The notes: generated by a model not told the origin, from the letters alone. DNA of 64,000 bases from Candidatus Cloacimonadales bacterium (GCA_963662655.2 CAXXTU010000002.1:3488001-3552000); one strand, 5' to 3'. Counted from the stretch's first letter, positions 47,734-58,280 are shown. Program-made: numbers and translations.

Positions 47734-50583
47734 ATGATGAAAAACGGATTACTGCTGTTACTGCTGATGGCTGTCGCCGCCTTGAACGCGCAAATCTACG
47801 ATTATACGAATTCGGTGAATCCACCGAGCGTCGAGTGGCGCCAGTTGCGCACGGAGCATTTCCATCTGATTTTCCCGAAGGAGATCGAGGAGGACGTGCA
47901 AAAGGTGGCTAATCGCCTCGAGTACCTGTATACGCCCCTGACGAAGACCATGGACGCGAAGATGAAGCCCTGGACGATCGTGTTGAGCAACCGCACCGCG
48001 ATAACCAACGGATACGTTTCGATGGCTCCCAGGATGTCGCAGTTCTACCCGACACCCCCGCAGGATCAGCTTACGGGTGGCCTGGACTGGTACAGCCTGC
48101 TCAGCATCCATGAAACCAGGCACATGGTGCAGTACGACAAGCTGAACACGGGCATGACCAAGGTTTTCAGTTATATCATGGGCGAATACGGTATCGCCAT
48201 GTGCGCGATAATCTCGACGCCGTTGTGGTTCTTCGAGGGGGACGCGGTTGCTACGGAAACGGCTCTCACAAACTGGGGGCGCGGACGCATCCCGAGCTTC
48301 GACGTTACCGAGCGAGCGATACTGCTTTCGGGGGATCGGCCCAGTTACTATCAGGCTTACCTGCGATCGTATCAGGATTTCTATCCGAATCATTATCTTC
48401 TGGGTTACTTGCTTGTCACGGGAGCAAGGCGCGAGCACTCCGCCGATACCTGGGCGAAGGTCGTTTATGGTACCTCGAAGTTCTCGATCTGGCCCTACCG
48501 GTTTTCAACGGTTCTCAAAGCGCGAAACAGGGAATGTACGCCGAGGAGCTTTACAATAAAACCTGCGCCGATCTGAAGGAGATGTGGCGCGCGCAGTTGA
48601 AGGGCATGAAATTCACCGAGGCGAAGGCCGTTTCGCCCATCCAATTCCGATGGCTGGATGCAGTACGTAACGCCGTATTACGATAAGAACGGAAACGTTG
48701 TCTCCATGCGTACGGGCCTGGGGCAAATCCCCGAACTGGTGCGCATCGACGATGAACTGAACGTGTACCATCTTGCCTATGTGCAAAGCGCAAGAGCGAT
48801 TCTCGAGCAATGGAGACGTCGCCGTGTGGAGTCGCTACACGCCGGATATCCGCCTGGGGGAACCAGAGCTTCCTCGGATATCGTGACCTGCGATCTGCAG
48901 AACGGATCCAAGCGCCAGATCACCCACCGGGGGAAGTTCTTCGCGCCGGCGATATCACCCGATGGGCAACGGATTGTCGCGGTGAGATACACCAGGGAGC
49001 GTGACTGCGATCTGGTGATCATGGATGCAGAAAGCGGGAAGCTGATTCGCGAAATTCCCAATCCCGATAACGATTTTCTGGAAACGCCATGCTGGACGGA
49101 CGACGGACGTCTCGTCTATCTGCGCCAACACGACAACAAGCTCCGGATGGAGATTCTGACTGTCGAGACTGGCGTGGCTCAGGTGCTAACCCCCTACGAT
49201 ACAGAGTATATCTCTTCGCCGGTCTCACGTGGGAAATACGTTTACTACAGCTCGGCCTATTCGGGGATCGATCACATCTATGCGCTGGACATGGAGACGG
49301 GCGCGCGCTATCGCGTGGTAACCCGCAGGTTCGGCGCGTACCATCCATCGGTTTCCACAGATGGGAAGAAGCTTCTCTTCGCCGACTACCGCGATGAAAA
49401 CGGTTACAGGATTTACGAGATCGATAACGATCCGAGCGCTTGGGAGAAGCTGGAAGACGTGGAAATCCGAACGCTGTATTATTTCGATCCGCTCGTTCAC
49501 CAGGAGCAGGGGAAATCTGTTTACGAGGACGCGGACATCCCGGATCGCACGTTCGCGACGGAACCGTATTCACCGATCCTGCACACGCTGAATTTCCATA
49601 GCTGGATTCTCGGGGGTACCGATACCGAGATCAGCCTCGATCTGATGTCGGACGATGTGCTTGGAACGACCCACACGCAGGCGGGTGTTTACTTCAACGT
49701 CAACGAAAATGTCCCCGGCATCCGGGCGAGCATCGAGTACATGCAATTGCCCATCGTCCTCGGGATTGAGCTGGATAGCGGTGGACGAACGACCGTATAC
49801 TCGGACAGCCTGGACGACGAGAAGGACATCGAGGACAACTGGCGCGAGTTTTCAACGACATTCGGCGCGCATCTGCCTCTGAACTTCTCGCGAGGCGCAT
49901 GGTGGTCGAAAATCGATGTGGGTTCCGAGATAAGCTATGTGTATGCACAGGAGAAGGACTATTTCGAATCGTACGAGATGGGCAATGGCACCCTCGTGCC
50001 GGTGCGTTACTACGGAGAGATATACCATATCCTTCAGCCCTCTTCGCGGGATATTGCGCCGCGCTGGGGCCACAAGCTGAATGCCTCCTTCACCACGACG
50101 CCGTTTTCGCAGGAAGCGTATTCCGATTTCACGGGTAAGCTGTTCTCGGGGCGGTACAAAGTGTATGTCCCGGGTTTCATGAAGCACCACAGCCTGAAAC
50201 TAACGGCGGAGTACGAGAAGATGTATGAAGGCAACTATCGCTTCATGCGCGAGATGCTTTTCCCGCGAGGCTACGACGACCACGATCATGAGGACTTCTA
50301 CAAGGGAACCGTTTCGTATCGCTTCCCGATATCGTACAACGATTTTTACCTGGGGCGCTGGCTCTATCTGAGATCGAACACCGGTGGCGCGTTCTTCGAT
50401 TACGGTGTCGCCGAAGACGAAGAAACCACCACGCTCTATCGCTCTTTCGGTCTGGAGACGGAGTTCGAAACGGTGCTCTTTTCCAATATCAACTTGCAGA
50501 TCAATCTGGGATTGCGCGCAGCTTACCGCGTTGAGGAAGAGGATGTGGCGTTCGAGGTTTTCCTTGGGGGCTTCGACTTCTGA
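47734..50583 (+). CDS. Single ~947-aa outer-membrane protein (zincin-like HExxH domain + TolB-like beta-propeller + beta-barrel), interrupted by six apparent 1-nt insertions
   Basis: IHETRH...WFFEGDA; PAISPDG/PSVSTDG repeats; terminal GGFDF; continuous protein recovered by removing one base from each of six short homopolymers. Confidence 0.75.
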
Positions 50584-50584
50584 T

Positions 50585-50617
50585 AAAAAATCCCCTCCTC
50601 CGTCTGGAGAAGGGGAT
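50585..50617 (-). terminator. Probable terminator between convergent genes
   Basis: AAAAA-ATCCCCT.CTCC-GTCT-GGAG.AGGGGAT hairpin; U tract on the minus strand. Confidence 0.6.
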
Positions 50618-50740
50618 GAGAGGTATATGATTTTCCGATTGAAGAACCATCAAGCGAAAATGGCCAATCGGGAAAACCTTTCAGGAGAACCATTTCCGCT
50701 CTGATTCATGAGCCAATCAAAGCGGAAATTGTACAGGTGA

Positions 50741-52156
50741 CTATTTTGCTTCAATCGCTACATAGCGATAGTAGCGATTCTGAGAGAGGACATAGAGAAG
50801 AATGTTTGAACCTTTTTCCGTCGCTTCATCGATTTCGCGCTGGAAATCTTTCGCGTCTTCAACCGTCTGGTAATTAACCTCGAGAATCACATCTCCCTGC
50901 TGCAATCCCGCGTCCTGAGCCGGAGAATCTGGCTCTACCCGCACAATGATCACGCCGTTGGATGCCTGCGAGCGATACCGGTAAGCCCTTTCGTCGTTCA
51001 GGGAAATCACGTCGAGACCGAGGTCTTTCTTCGTCGATTTCTCCTCCGATTTCGCCACGGATTCCTCCTCCGGGAACTCTTCGAGCACCGGATAGTATGC
51101 GATCGGTTTTCCCTGGCGCATCACCTGCAATCGAACTTTCTCGCCGGGCTGATGATTGGCGACAAGGATGCGGAACCTTGAAACGGAGGTGATCTTCTCG
51201 TCGCCGACTTCGGTAATCACGTCGCCTTTCTTCAATCCGGCCTTCTCAGCGGGTGTGTCCTCGGCAACGCGAGCAACCAGAACGCCGGAGATATCTTCGA
51301 GTCCGAGCGATTTCTTGAGCTCGGGCGTTACTTCCTGCGGAACGATTCCCAGGTAAGCGCGGACGACGTGTCCCTCGTTGAGGAGGTCGTCGCTGACCTT
51401 GCGAGCGATGTCCACTGGAATCGCGAATCCAATGCCCACATTGCCGCCTGCGGGACTGGTGATCGCGGCGTTCACGCCGATCACTTCACCCTTGATGTTC
51501 AGCAGGGGACCTCCGCTGTTACCCGGGTTGATGGCGGCGTCTGTTTGGATGTAGTCTTGATAAAGAGGGGAGTCGTTACCGAAATTGAGGTTGGAACGCC
51601 CCTTCGCGGAAATGACGCCGACGGTAACCGTGCGCTCGAGCCCGAGCTCGCCAAAGGGATTGCCGATGGCGATCGCCCAGTCGCCGACTTCCAGCTCTTC
51701 GGAATCTCCCAGCGGTGCAATGACGACCTTTTCTTTGTCATCAACTTCAATCTTGATCACCGCGAGATCGGTGCTTGGGTCTTTGCCCACCACTTCGGCG
51801 TCGAATTTCGCCTTGTCTGCGAGGGTAACCGTGATTTCGGCCTTATCGCTGCTGCCGAGCACGTGGTTGTTGGTCATGATGTAGACGTCGTTGCCGTCGC
51901 GCTTGAAGATGAAGCCGCTTCCGAGCTGCGTCGATTTCCTTGTCTGCGGCAGTTGTGGGTAGTAGAATTTAAAGAACTCCTCGAATGATGGGTTGCGAAA
52001 GTTGACGGAATACTCCGATTCGACCTTTATATGAACAACCGATTCACGGATGTTTTTTACTACATCGACAAAGGGAGATTTGCCATCATCCGTTAAAGGA
52101 AGCGCTGACAAAGCAATGATGGAAAACAGGCTGATTAAAAGGATTACACGTTTCAT
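50741..52156 (-). CDS. degP: HtrA/DegP-family periplasmic serine protease (2 PDZ)
   Basis: GSGFI, TNNHV, DLAVIK, QTDAAINPGNSGGPL; two PDZ domains. Confidence 0.93.
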   Translation of the reverse strand: MKRVILLISLFSIIALSALPLTDDGKSPFVDVVKNIRESVVHIKVESEYSVNFRNPSFEEFFKFYYPQLPQTRKSTQLGSGFIFKRDGNDVYIMTNNHVLGSSDKAEITVTLADKAKFDAEVVGKDPSTDLAVIKIEVDDKEKVVIAPLGDSEELEVGDWAIAIGNPFGELGLERTVTVGVISAKGRSNLNFGNDSPLYQDYIQTDAAINPGNSGGPLLNIKGEVIGVNAAITSPAGGNVGIGFAIPVDIARKVSDDLLNEGHVVRAYLGIVPQEVTPELKKSLGLEDISGVLVARVAEDTPAEKAGLKKGDVITEVGDEKITSVSRFRILVANHQPGEKVRLQVMRQGKPIAYYPVLEEFPEEESVAKSEEKSTKKDLGLDVISLNDERAYRYRSQASNGVIIVRVEPDSPAQDAGLQQGDVILEVNYQTVEDAKDFQREIDEATEKGSNILLYVLSQNRYYRYVAIEAK

Positions 52157-52439
52157 TGTGACCTCCGCATTTTCGTTTTAATCCTATAACGTCAGACGCG
52201 AAGAGAATATTACAAACCTTCTTTATTATTCAAGCCGGAAGAATCCGGAAGTCATGATCCGGCCGTGATATAACATGTTTATTTTATTTGCCACAGTGTA
52301 ATAATGTCTGGTGGTTGTATGCCTCCATCAAACTTCGGGTGAGTATTTTTTACAGATTCCATTGCGGAGGCTGCATAATTACATTGACACTTGTTATCCT
52401 CCTCGTTTAAAAATGTGCGATTCGAGGTACGGAGGTAAT

Positions 52440-53561
52440 ATGAAAAAACGAATTAGCGTTCTTGGATGCGGAATGGTGGGCAGCGCGATCGCGGCTGATT
52501 TATCCGAGCGGTACCAGGTCACGGTGTTTGATAAATCACCTCTTGCGTTGCAAAGACTTGCATCGTTTTATCCGGTGGAGACTTCGGTAGCGGACTTGAG
52601 CGTCCGGCAGATGGTGATCGATGCGATCGGCGAATGCGATCTGGTAATCAACGCGGTGCCCGGTTACATCGGATTCCAGACACTCGAAACGATTATCGAT
52701 CAGAGCCGTAACGTAGTGGACATCTCCTTCTTTGAACAGGACGCCTTCCTGCTGGATGAGCTGGCGATGGAAAGGGGCGTTATCGCGATCGTCGATTGCG
52801 GAATCGCGCCGGGGATGAGCAACATCATTCTGGGGCACCATGCGGAGACGATGGATGTGGGAAGCTTCGAGTGCTATGTAGGCGGCTTGCCGAAGGAACG
52901 CAAGTTACCCTGGCAGTACAAGGCGCCGTTCTCACCGATCGATGTCCTTGAAGAATACACGAGACCCGCGCGCATCGTGAAAGACAACATGATCGTCGTG
53001 AAGCCGGCCCTCTCGGATGCCGAGATGATCGATTTCCCGGAGATCGGAACGCTGGTGGCCTTCAACACGGATGGCTTGCGCTCGTTGATCAAGACGATGG
53101 ACGTGCCGGATATGATCGAGAAGACGCTTCGTTACCCGGGGCACATCGAGCTGATGAGCATCCTCCGGGACAGCGGATTCTTCTCCAAGGACAAGATAAA
53201 GGTCGACGACCATTGGGTTTCTCCGCTCTCCATGACATCCAGGCTCCTCTTTGACGAGTGGAAGCTCCACGACGGAGAAATGGACTTCACGATCATGAAA
53301 GTCATCGTCGAGGGCAAGGGTAAGGATCATGAAACCCGTTACACATACAATCTTCTGGATCGTGCGGATGTGAAGACCGGATTTTCGTCCATGTCCCGCA
53401 CCACGGGTTATACCTGCACGGCAGCGGCAACTCTCGTGCTGGAAGACTGTTTCACGCGCGTAGGGATCTGTCCGCCCGAGTATCTGGGAAAAGATCATTT
53501 CCAGGAGATTATGGATTATCTCCGGGAACGAAACGTATGTTTCAGCGTTAACCAACTGTAA
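52440..53561 (+). CDS. Saccharopine dehydrogenase / lysine 6-dehydrogenase family protein
   Basis: GCGMVG, DCGIAPGMSN, VGGLP, EEYTRPAR, FNTDGLRSL, KTLRYPGH; ATG 52440 after GGAGG. Confidence 0.85.
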   Translation: MKKRISVLGCGMVGSAIAADLSERYQVTVFDKSPLALQRLASFYPVETSVADLSVRQMVIDAIGECDLVINAVPGYIGFQTLETIIDQSRNVVDISFFEQDAFLLDELAMERGVIAIVDCGIAPGMSNIILGHHAETMDVGSFECYVGGLPKERKLPWQYKAPFSPIDVLEEYTRPARIVKDNMIVVKPALSDAEMIDFPEIGTLVAFNTDGLRSLIKTMDVPDMIEKTLRYPGHIELMSILRDSGFFSKDKIKVDDHWVSPLSMTSRLLFDEWKLHDGEMDFTIMKVIVEGKGKDHETRYTYNLLDRADVKTGFSSMSRTTGYTCTAAATLVLEDCFTRVGICPPEYLGKDHFQEIMDYLRERNVCFSVNQL

Positions 53562-53570
53562 GGAAATAAA

Positions 53571-53996
53571 ATGAAAGCACAAATTTTCGCGATCTTGACG
53601 GCTCTCTTCTGGGGCGTAGGCGGTTACTTCGAAAAGAAGGGTCTGCACATGGGGAATCTGTCTCCGCAGGTCGGTATCACCATTCGTACCTTTGTTGCGC
53701 TCCTGATTCTCGGAACGGTGAGTTTTTCGCAATGGAAAACCATTCCCGCGGCTGGAACCAAAGCGCTCCTGTACATGGTTGTCGGAGGAGGCATTGTCGC
53801 CGGAGCAGCCGGCATGCTCTGCTTCTACGCGGCGATCAAGGGAGCGCCCCTCGGCAAGGTGATGCCGATTGCGTTCACGTCGCCTTTGTTCGGTGCATTG
53901 ATGGGAATCATCTTCGCGGGAGAGGCCATAACCCTCAAGAAAATCATCGGCATCGCCATGACGGTAGGAGGTATCTTTGTACTCACGTTCAGCTAA
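53571..53996 (+). CDS. EamA/DMT-family transporter (single domain)
   Basis: 5 TM; AILTALFWG...KKGL; GEAITLKKIIG. Confidence 0.85.
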   Translation: MKAQIFAILTALFWGVGGYFEKKGLHMGNLSPQVGITIRTFVALLILGTVSFSQWKTIPAAGTKALLYMVVGGGIVAGAAGMLCFYAAIKGAPLGKVMPIAFTSPLFGALMGIIFAGEAITLKKIIGIAMTVGGIFVLTFS

Positions 53997-53997
53997 C

Positions 53998-55374
53998 GTG
54001 AAACAGGCGAATCTTCTCATTCTTCTCATCCTGATTGTTTTGGGATGCGCGCAAGCCCCCCAGCAACACCTTTCCATCACGCAAAGGCTCGAGCAGCTTC
54101 AAACCAAGGATGGCAAAAGCCTTCTCGAACCCAGGGACATCGCGCTCCTGCGAGCTACGGGAGCGGATTTCGAGACCATTCATCACCTGCTTTCCATGGA
54201 AAACTCTCTCGGAGAAAGCGTCTTCAGGCCCCACGATGTGGCATGGTTTCTCCGTTGCGGCGGTACCGTCGAATATGCTGAAAAGCTGGCAAAGTATGAA
54301 CGCAAAGATGGTTATTCTCTTTTCAGAGGTGGGCAAATAGCCTATTTGAAGGCGATCAACGCCGAAATGGAAGTCATCGTCGATCTCATGACCGGGGGTG
54401 TCCCTGGTGATTCAACCGCAATGATCTTTTACGGACACAGCCTGGTGGAGTATCTTGAAATGGGAGGAGACACAACGTACGCGCATCGGATGTTCGATCT
54501 TGGCAGGGATAATGGAAAGGACCTTTTTTGTAATGACCTCGTGCGGTTGCTGAAACTAGGTGTGACGCCGGAGGATGTTGAGCATTACATCCACATCGAG
54601 GGTTTTCAATATCGCGAATTAATCCACTTCCTAAAGGAGGGTGGAACGCAAGCGTACGCGGAGGCGATGAGTGGCCTCGGGGCAAACTTTTACGAGATCG
54701 TCAGATTGAACCGCATGAAAGTGCCACTGGAGCTTTATTCTCCCATTGTCGACACCGATAAACCAAACGCGCTATTCCTCTTTTCATCAATCGATAATAA
54801 TAAAGAGTTTTCCTCACCGGAAGCCGTTGCATTCTACCGGAGTGTGTGGCCCAGCTACGATACGCGCGTTATGATAATCAAGAGCGAGGAGGAGATTCCG
54901 GAAGCATTCAACGAGATGGAACGTGTTGATCTCCTGGCTATCTGTGGACATGGAAATGTTGAATCGATAACAATTTGTCCCACCTATGGAGGAGACCCCT
55001 TTTCATCTGAGGCGTTAAGCGAAAAGCATTGGAAGATACGGCGAGACAAAGGCATGCTCGATACCGGCGATACGGAGCTGGAAGAGATTTTCTCGCAGAT
55101 GCCGGAGGATGGCGTGATCTTTCTGGACGCCTGCGAGACCAATAAAACGGTGGATTCGGGCAAGAACCTGTTCAACTTCATTCAGTCCATCGCGGGTGGA
55201 CGCCGGGTGATTGGCGCTGAAACAATCTTCACGCACGATCAGATCTTCGTGGAGAAAGCGTACCCGCTTCGGTTGAGGTTCAACCCGCCCAAGGAAAAAG
55301 AGGAACAGGAATTCGAGAAAGAAATGCCTAAGCAAAAAGTAAAAGACTCAAAGCCATCAAAGCCATCCCACTGA
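53998..55374 (+). CDS. Hypothetical lipoprotein: helical repeats + putative clan CD (His-Cys) peptidase-like domain
   Basis: Lipobox VLGC; 26-35 aa repeats; LLAICGHG and IFLDACET. Confidence 0.6.
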   Translation: MKQANLLILLILIVLGCAQAPQQHLSITQRLEQLQTKDGKSLLEPRDIALLRATGADFETIHHLLSMENSLGESVFRPHDVAWFLRCGGTVEYAEKLAKYERKDGYSLFRGGQIAYLKAINAEMEVIVDLMTGGVPGDSTAMIFYGHSLVEYLEMGGDTTYAHRMFDLGRDNGKDLFCNDLVRLLKLGVTPEDVEHYIHIEGFQYRELIHFLKEGGTQAYAEAMSGLGANFYEIVRLNRMKVPLELYSPIVDTDKPNALFLFSSIDNNKEFSSPEAVAFYRSVWPSYDTRVMIIKSEEEIPEAFNEMERVDLLAICGHGNVESITICPTYGGDPFSSEALSEKHWKIRRDKGMLDTGDTELEEIFSQMPEDGVIFLDACETNKTVDSGKNLFNFIQSIAGGRRVIGAETIFTHDQIFVEKAYPLRLRFNPPKEKEEQEFEKEMPKQKVKDSKPSKPSH

Positions 55375-56131
55375 CCAGACCGTAAATAGCCAGGTGGTGC
55401 TTGCCGTATTCTTCGGCTGTGGGAAGAAGCTGATCCAGCGAGATGAATACCATAATCCCCGCCACTCCGGCAAAGATGATACCGAACATGAGGTTGCTCA
55501 TGAAGCGGAACAGAATCAAGTAACCGACAATCGCCCCGACCGGCTCCGCCAGCCCTGATAGAAACGACCATAAGAACGCCTTTTTCTTGCTTCCGGTAGC
55601 GTAGTACAGCGGCACCGAGACCGCGATTCCTTCCGGGATGTTGTGGATCGCGATCGCGACGGCGATGGATACGCCCAGGGTGGGATCGGCGAGCGCCGCG
55701 GTGAAGGTCGCGAGTCCCTCCGGGAAATTGTGGATGGCGATCGCGACGGCGGACAGGAATCCCATGCGGAGGAGCTTTTGTTTCCTTTTGTCGGCGTTGA
55801 TGTCCTCAACGTGACGGGCCTCATGCGGATTCTCGAAATCGGGTACGAGTTTGTCGATGAGCGCGACCAGGAGCATTCCCGCAAAGAATCCCCCGACCGT
55901 GATCCAGTACGCTGTTTTTGCAGAGAAATCCATGCACAGCGCGTCGCGCGACTTCTGGAAGATTTCCACGAATGAGACGTAAAGCATTACGCCGGCGGAG
56001 AACCCCAGCGCGACGGACAGGAATGATTCGTTCGTCCGTTTGCTGAAGAATGCGATGGCGCTACCGATACCGGTGGCCAATCCGGCAAAGATCGTCAGGC
56101 CAAGAGCGAAACCTACGGGCTGTGAAAGCAT
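55328..56131 (-). CDS. zupT: ZIP-family zinc/divalent metal transporter
   Basis: [29 protein letters not shown]. Confidence 0.95.
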   Translation of the reverse strand: MLSQPVGFALGLTIFAGLATGIGSAIAFFSKRTNESFLSVALGFSAGVMLYVSFVEIFQKSRDALCMDFSAKTAYWITVGGFFAGMLLVALIDKLVPDFENPHEARHVEDINADKRKQKLLRMGFLSAVAIAIHNFPEGLATFTAALADPTLGVSIAVAIAIHNIPEGIAVSVPLYYATGSKKKAFLWSFLSGLAEPVGAIVGYLILFRFMSNLMFGIIFAGVAGIMVFISLDQLLPTAEEYGKHHLAIYGLVSGMALMALSLLLFA

Positions 56132-56182
56132 AGTATATCCTTATTAAGTACCTTCGTATGATTGTGAACAATGATCTTAAGA

Positions 56183-56280
56183 TGCCATGCTGAGTTCCGT
56201 AGCTTGCTGCGGAGTATCGAAGCATCGAAATCGACCAACCCTTCGATACACCCCGACAAGTCGGAGCACTCCGAGTGACA
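56183..56280. repeat. REP/REPIN-like palindromic element
   Basis: Outer TGCCATGCTGAGT / ACTCCGAGTGACA; central GTATCGAAG / CTTCGATAC; side hairpins TCCGTAGC-TT-GCTGCGGA and CCGAC-AA-GTCGG. Confidence 0.7.
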
Positions 56281-56355
56281 TAACTTATTATGGAAGATTG
56301 AGATGGAGACTTTCCTGATCAATATCACCGAAAGTATAAATCCATATTTTGCGAA

Positions 56356-56383
56356 AGTGTAATACATGCATACTCTGCGTCAA
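56356..56383 (-). promoter_or_regulatory. Putative promoter for zupT
   Basis: TTGACG-16 nt-TACACT on the minus strand. Confidence 0.5.
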
Positions 56384-56411
56384 ACTTTTCCTGCAATTAA
56401 TCATTCAAGAA

Positions 56412-58280
56412 TCAATAACCGCTCAGATACAGCAATGGATTTACCGGCTTCATGGAGCGGTCAAGCAGCCCGAAATGCAGATGGTTTCCCGTCGAGCGTC
56501 CCGTTGTGCCCACCAATCCAATCACATCGCCCTGTTTCACTCGATCGCCCTTTTCGGCTTTACGCTCATCGAGGTGGTAATAGCAGGTGAACCAGCCGTT
56601 GTCGTGCTGGACGCAGATCGAATTCCCCGAGACGTCGTTGAAGTCGGAGCTCAACACAACGCCATCCGCGGCCACTTGCACGGGCGTTCCCTTCGGGGCG
56701 GGGATATCGATTCCGCTGTGGTATTCCATCTTCTCCAGACGCTTTCTCCAGTTGCTTTCGATCGCGTTGGGCCTCCAGCCGTAATAGGAGGAGATATACC
56801 GCTGCGGGAGCGGCCACGCAAGCCATGAGGACGAGAGCATGTCGCTGTTGTGCAACAAGGTGTATTCGATCTCGATGTCATCGCCGAAATAGCGTGCGTA
56901 CCAGGCAGCCAGCAGGTTGCTGATGTCCGCTTGCGATCCCCGGCGTTCCACGGCCTGTTCGAAGCGATCGATGGCAATATCCGGGTTTCCTTGCATGACG
57001 GCGATAATCCCTTCGAGCTCTTCTCTGTCCGGATCGAGGGAGTTGCGTTGCTCGATACGAGACAGATGGTCCATCGCTTCATCGAGATATCCCAGCGATA
57101 TCATCGCGGAAACAATGAGCACGTCGGCGTGGTGACGGTGGCCGGATTCCCCGGAGATGCGCTGGAAATCGTCGATAGCTCCCCGGTAGTCCGCTTCCTC
57201 GAAGAGCAGGCAGCCGCGATTGTAAAGCGCCGGATCCCCTGCCGGATTTATCCCGAGAGCCGTGCGGTAGAAAACGAGGGCTGAATCACGCAAACCGAGC
57301 GACTCCGCCATCAGGCCAAGATTGTTATTGTAGATCGCCCTTGTGTCGTCGTCTGCTATCGTTTTCGCGTACTGCCGGATTCGCTCGAACTCCTTCAACA
57401 TCTTCTTACGGGGGAACGCCTTGGACTTGCCCGTTTTGCTGAATCCCGGAGCGTCGGGATTCAGGCGGTAATACGTTTGCTCCACTTCCTGATGCTTGTC
57501 GAAGCGATAACGGTAGTTGAGATAGTATTCGGAGATTTTATTCACATAGTAGTCGCAATAGGACGGGATGGAGTCCCGCACGTTGCCCGTACCTGCGTAG
57601 TAGGCGGCCAGGGCCTTGCGAAGATTGGTGTTTCTCGTGCCGTAGCGATAGTGATTGAGCAGGAAGTTGAGGTGACTCGCACCCCCGGCGATGTTCTTTG
57701 CCGGGTGAAATCGCTCGTCCTGCTCGTGCTGACGAATGGGCGGTTCTTTCACGTAGTTTTCGGTGGGGACGGACAAACCCAGCGCTTTCCCCGTCGCTGG
57801 CATGAGCTGCATCATTCCAACCGCACCGGTCGGTGATACAGCCCTGGAGACGAAGGAACTCTCCTTCAGCATGATTGCCAGCAAGAGCCCGGTATCGATT
57901 CCGTATCTTCGTCCGACGCTGTTGACATAGTCGAGGAAGCCGAGGACTTCCGGCCGATTAGCGTCCAGATCCTGCTCCGCTTTGAATGCCAGGTACTCTA
58001 ATGGGAGTTCATCGGTAAGATGGATGGCCCTCTCCAGCCAGTATCCTGCCGTATCCGGGCGTCCTGCCTGGTAGTGCAGGTGCGCGATGGAGGCGATGAG
58101 CGGATAATAGAGCGAGTCAATGTCAGCGTATTCCTCAAGACGGGGGAGGGCGAAGTTGTAAAAACCTTTCTCGTAGTCCCTTACCGCTTGTTCGTATGAT
58201 TCGGCATCGTCGCGGGGCATGCTGGCGCAAGAAACCAGCAGGATCGCCAGCGAAAGGAGGAAGAGATTAGCGGTTCGCAT
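56412..58280 (-). CDS. Lipoprotein: TPR + lytic transglycosylase (SLT) + TPR + M23 endopeptidase
   Basis: Lipobox LVSC; KESSF..RAVSPTGAVGMMQLMPAT and ALAAYYAG (SLT); HSGIDI, YYHL, GRSTGNHLHF (M23). Confidence 0.88.
   Translation of the reverse strand: MRTANLFLLSLAILLVSCASMPRDDAESYEQAVRDYEKGFYNFALPRLEEYADIDSLYYPLIASIAHLHYQAGRPDTAGYWLERAIHLTDELPLEYLAFKAEQDLDANRPEVLGFLDYVNSVGRRYGIDTGLLLAIMLKESSFVSRAVSPTGAVGMMQLMPATGKALGLSVPTENYVKEPPIRQHEQDERFHPAKNIAGGASHLNFLLNHYRYGTRNTNLRKALAAYYAGTGNVRDSIPSYCDYYVNKISEYYLNYRYRFDKHQEVEQTYYRLNPDAPGFSKTGKSKAFPRKKMLKEFERIRQYAKTIADDDTRAIYNNNLGLMAESLGLRDSALVFYRTALGINPAGDPALYNRGCLLFEEADYRGAIDDFQRISGESGHRHHADVLIVSAMISLGYLDEAMDHLSRIEQRNSLDPDREELEGIIAVMQGNPDIAIDRFEQAVERRGSQADISNLLAAWYARYFGDDIEIEYTLLHNSDMLSSSWLAWPLPQRYISSYYGWRPNAIESNWRKRLEKMEYHSGIDIPAPKGTPVQVAADGVVLSSDFNDVSGNSICVQHDNGWFTCYYHLDERKAEKGDRVKQGDVIGLVGTTGRSTGNHLHFGLLDRSMKPVNPLLYLSGY

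Noticed and set aside
47734..48686. Programmed frameshifting or three separate genes (280, 161 and 641 aa)
   Set aside because: Six clustered +1 homopolymer insertions explain all frames; no slippery-site or stimulator pattern
54050..54730. TAL-effector-like DNA-binding repeats
   Set aside because: Repeats vary in length, are highly divergent, lack an RVD loop, and sit in a lipoprotein
55328..55374. 47-nt convergent overlap of the lipoprotein gene and zupT
   Set aside because: The overlap is a low-complexity tail consistent with stop-codon drift
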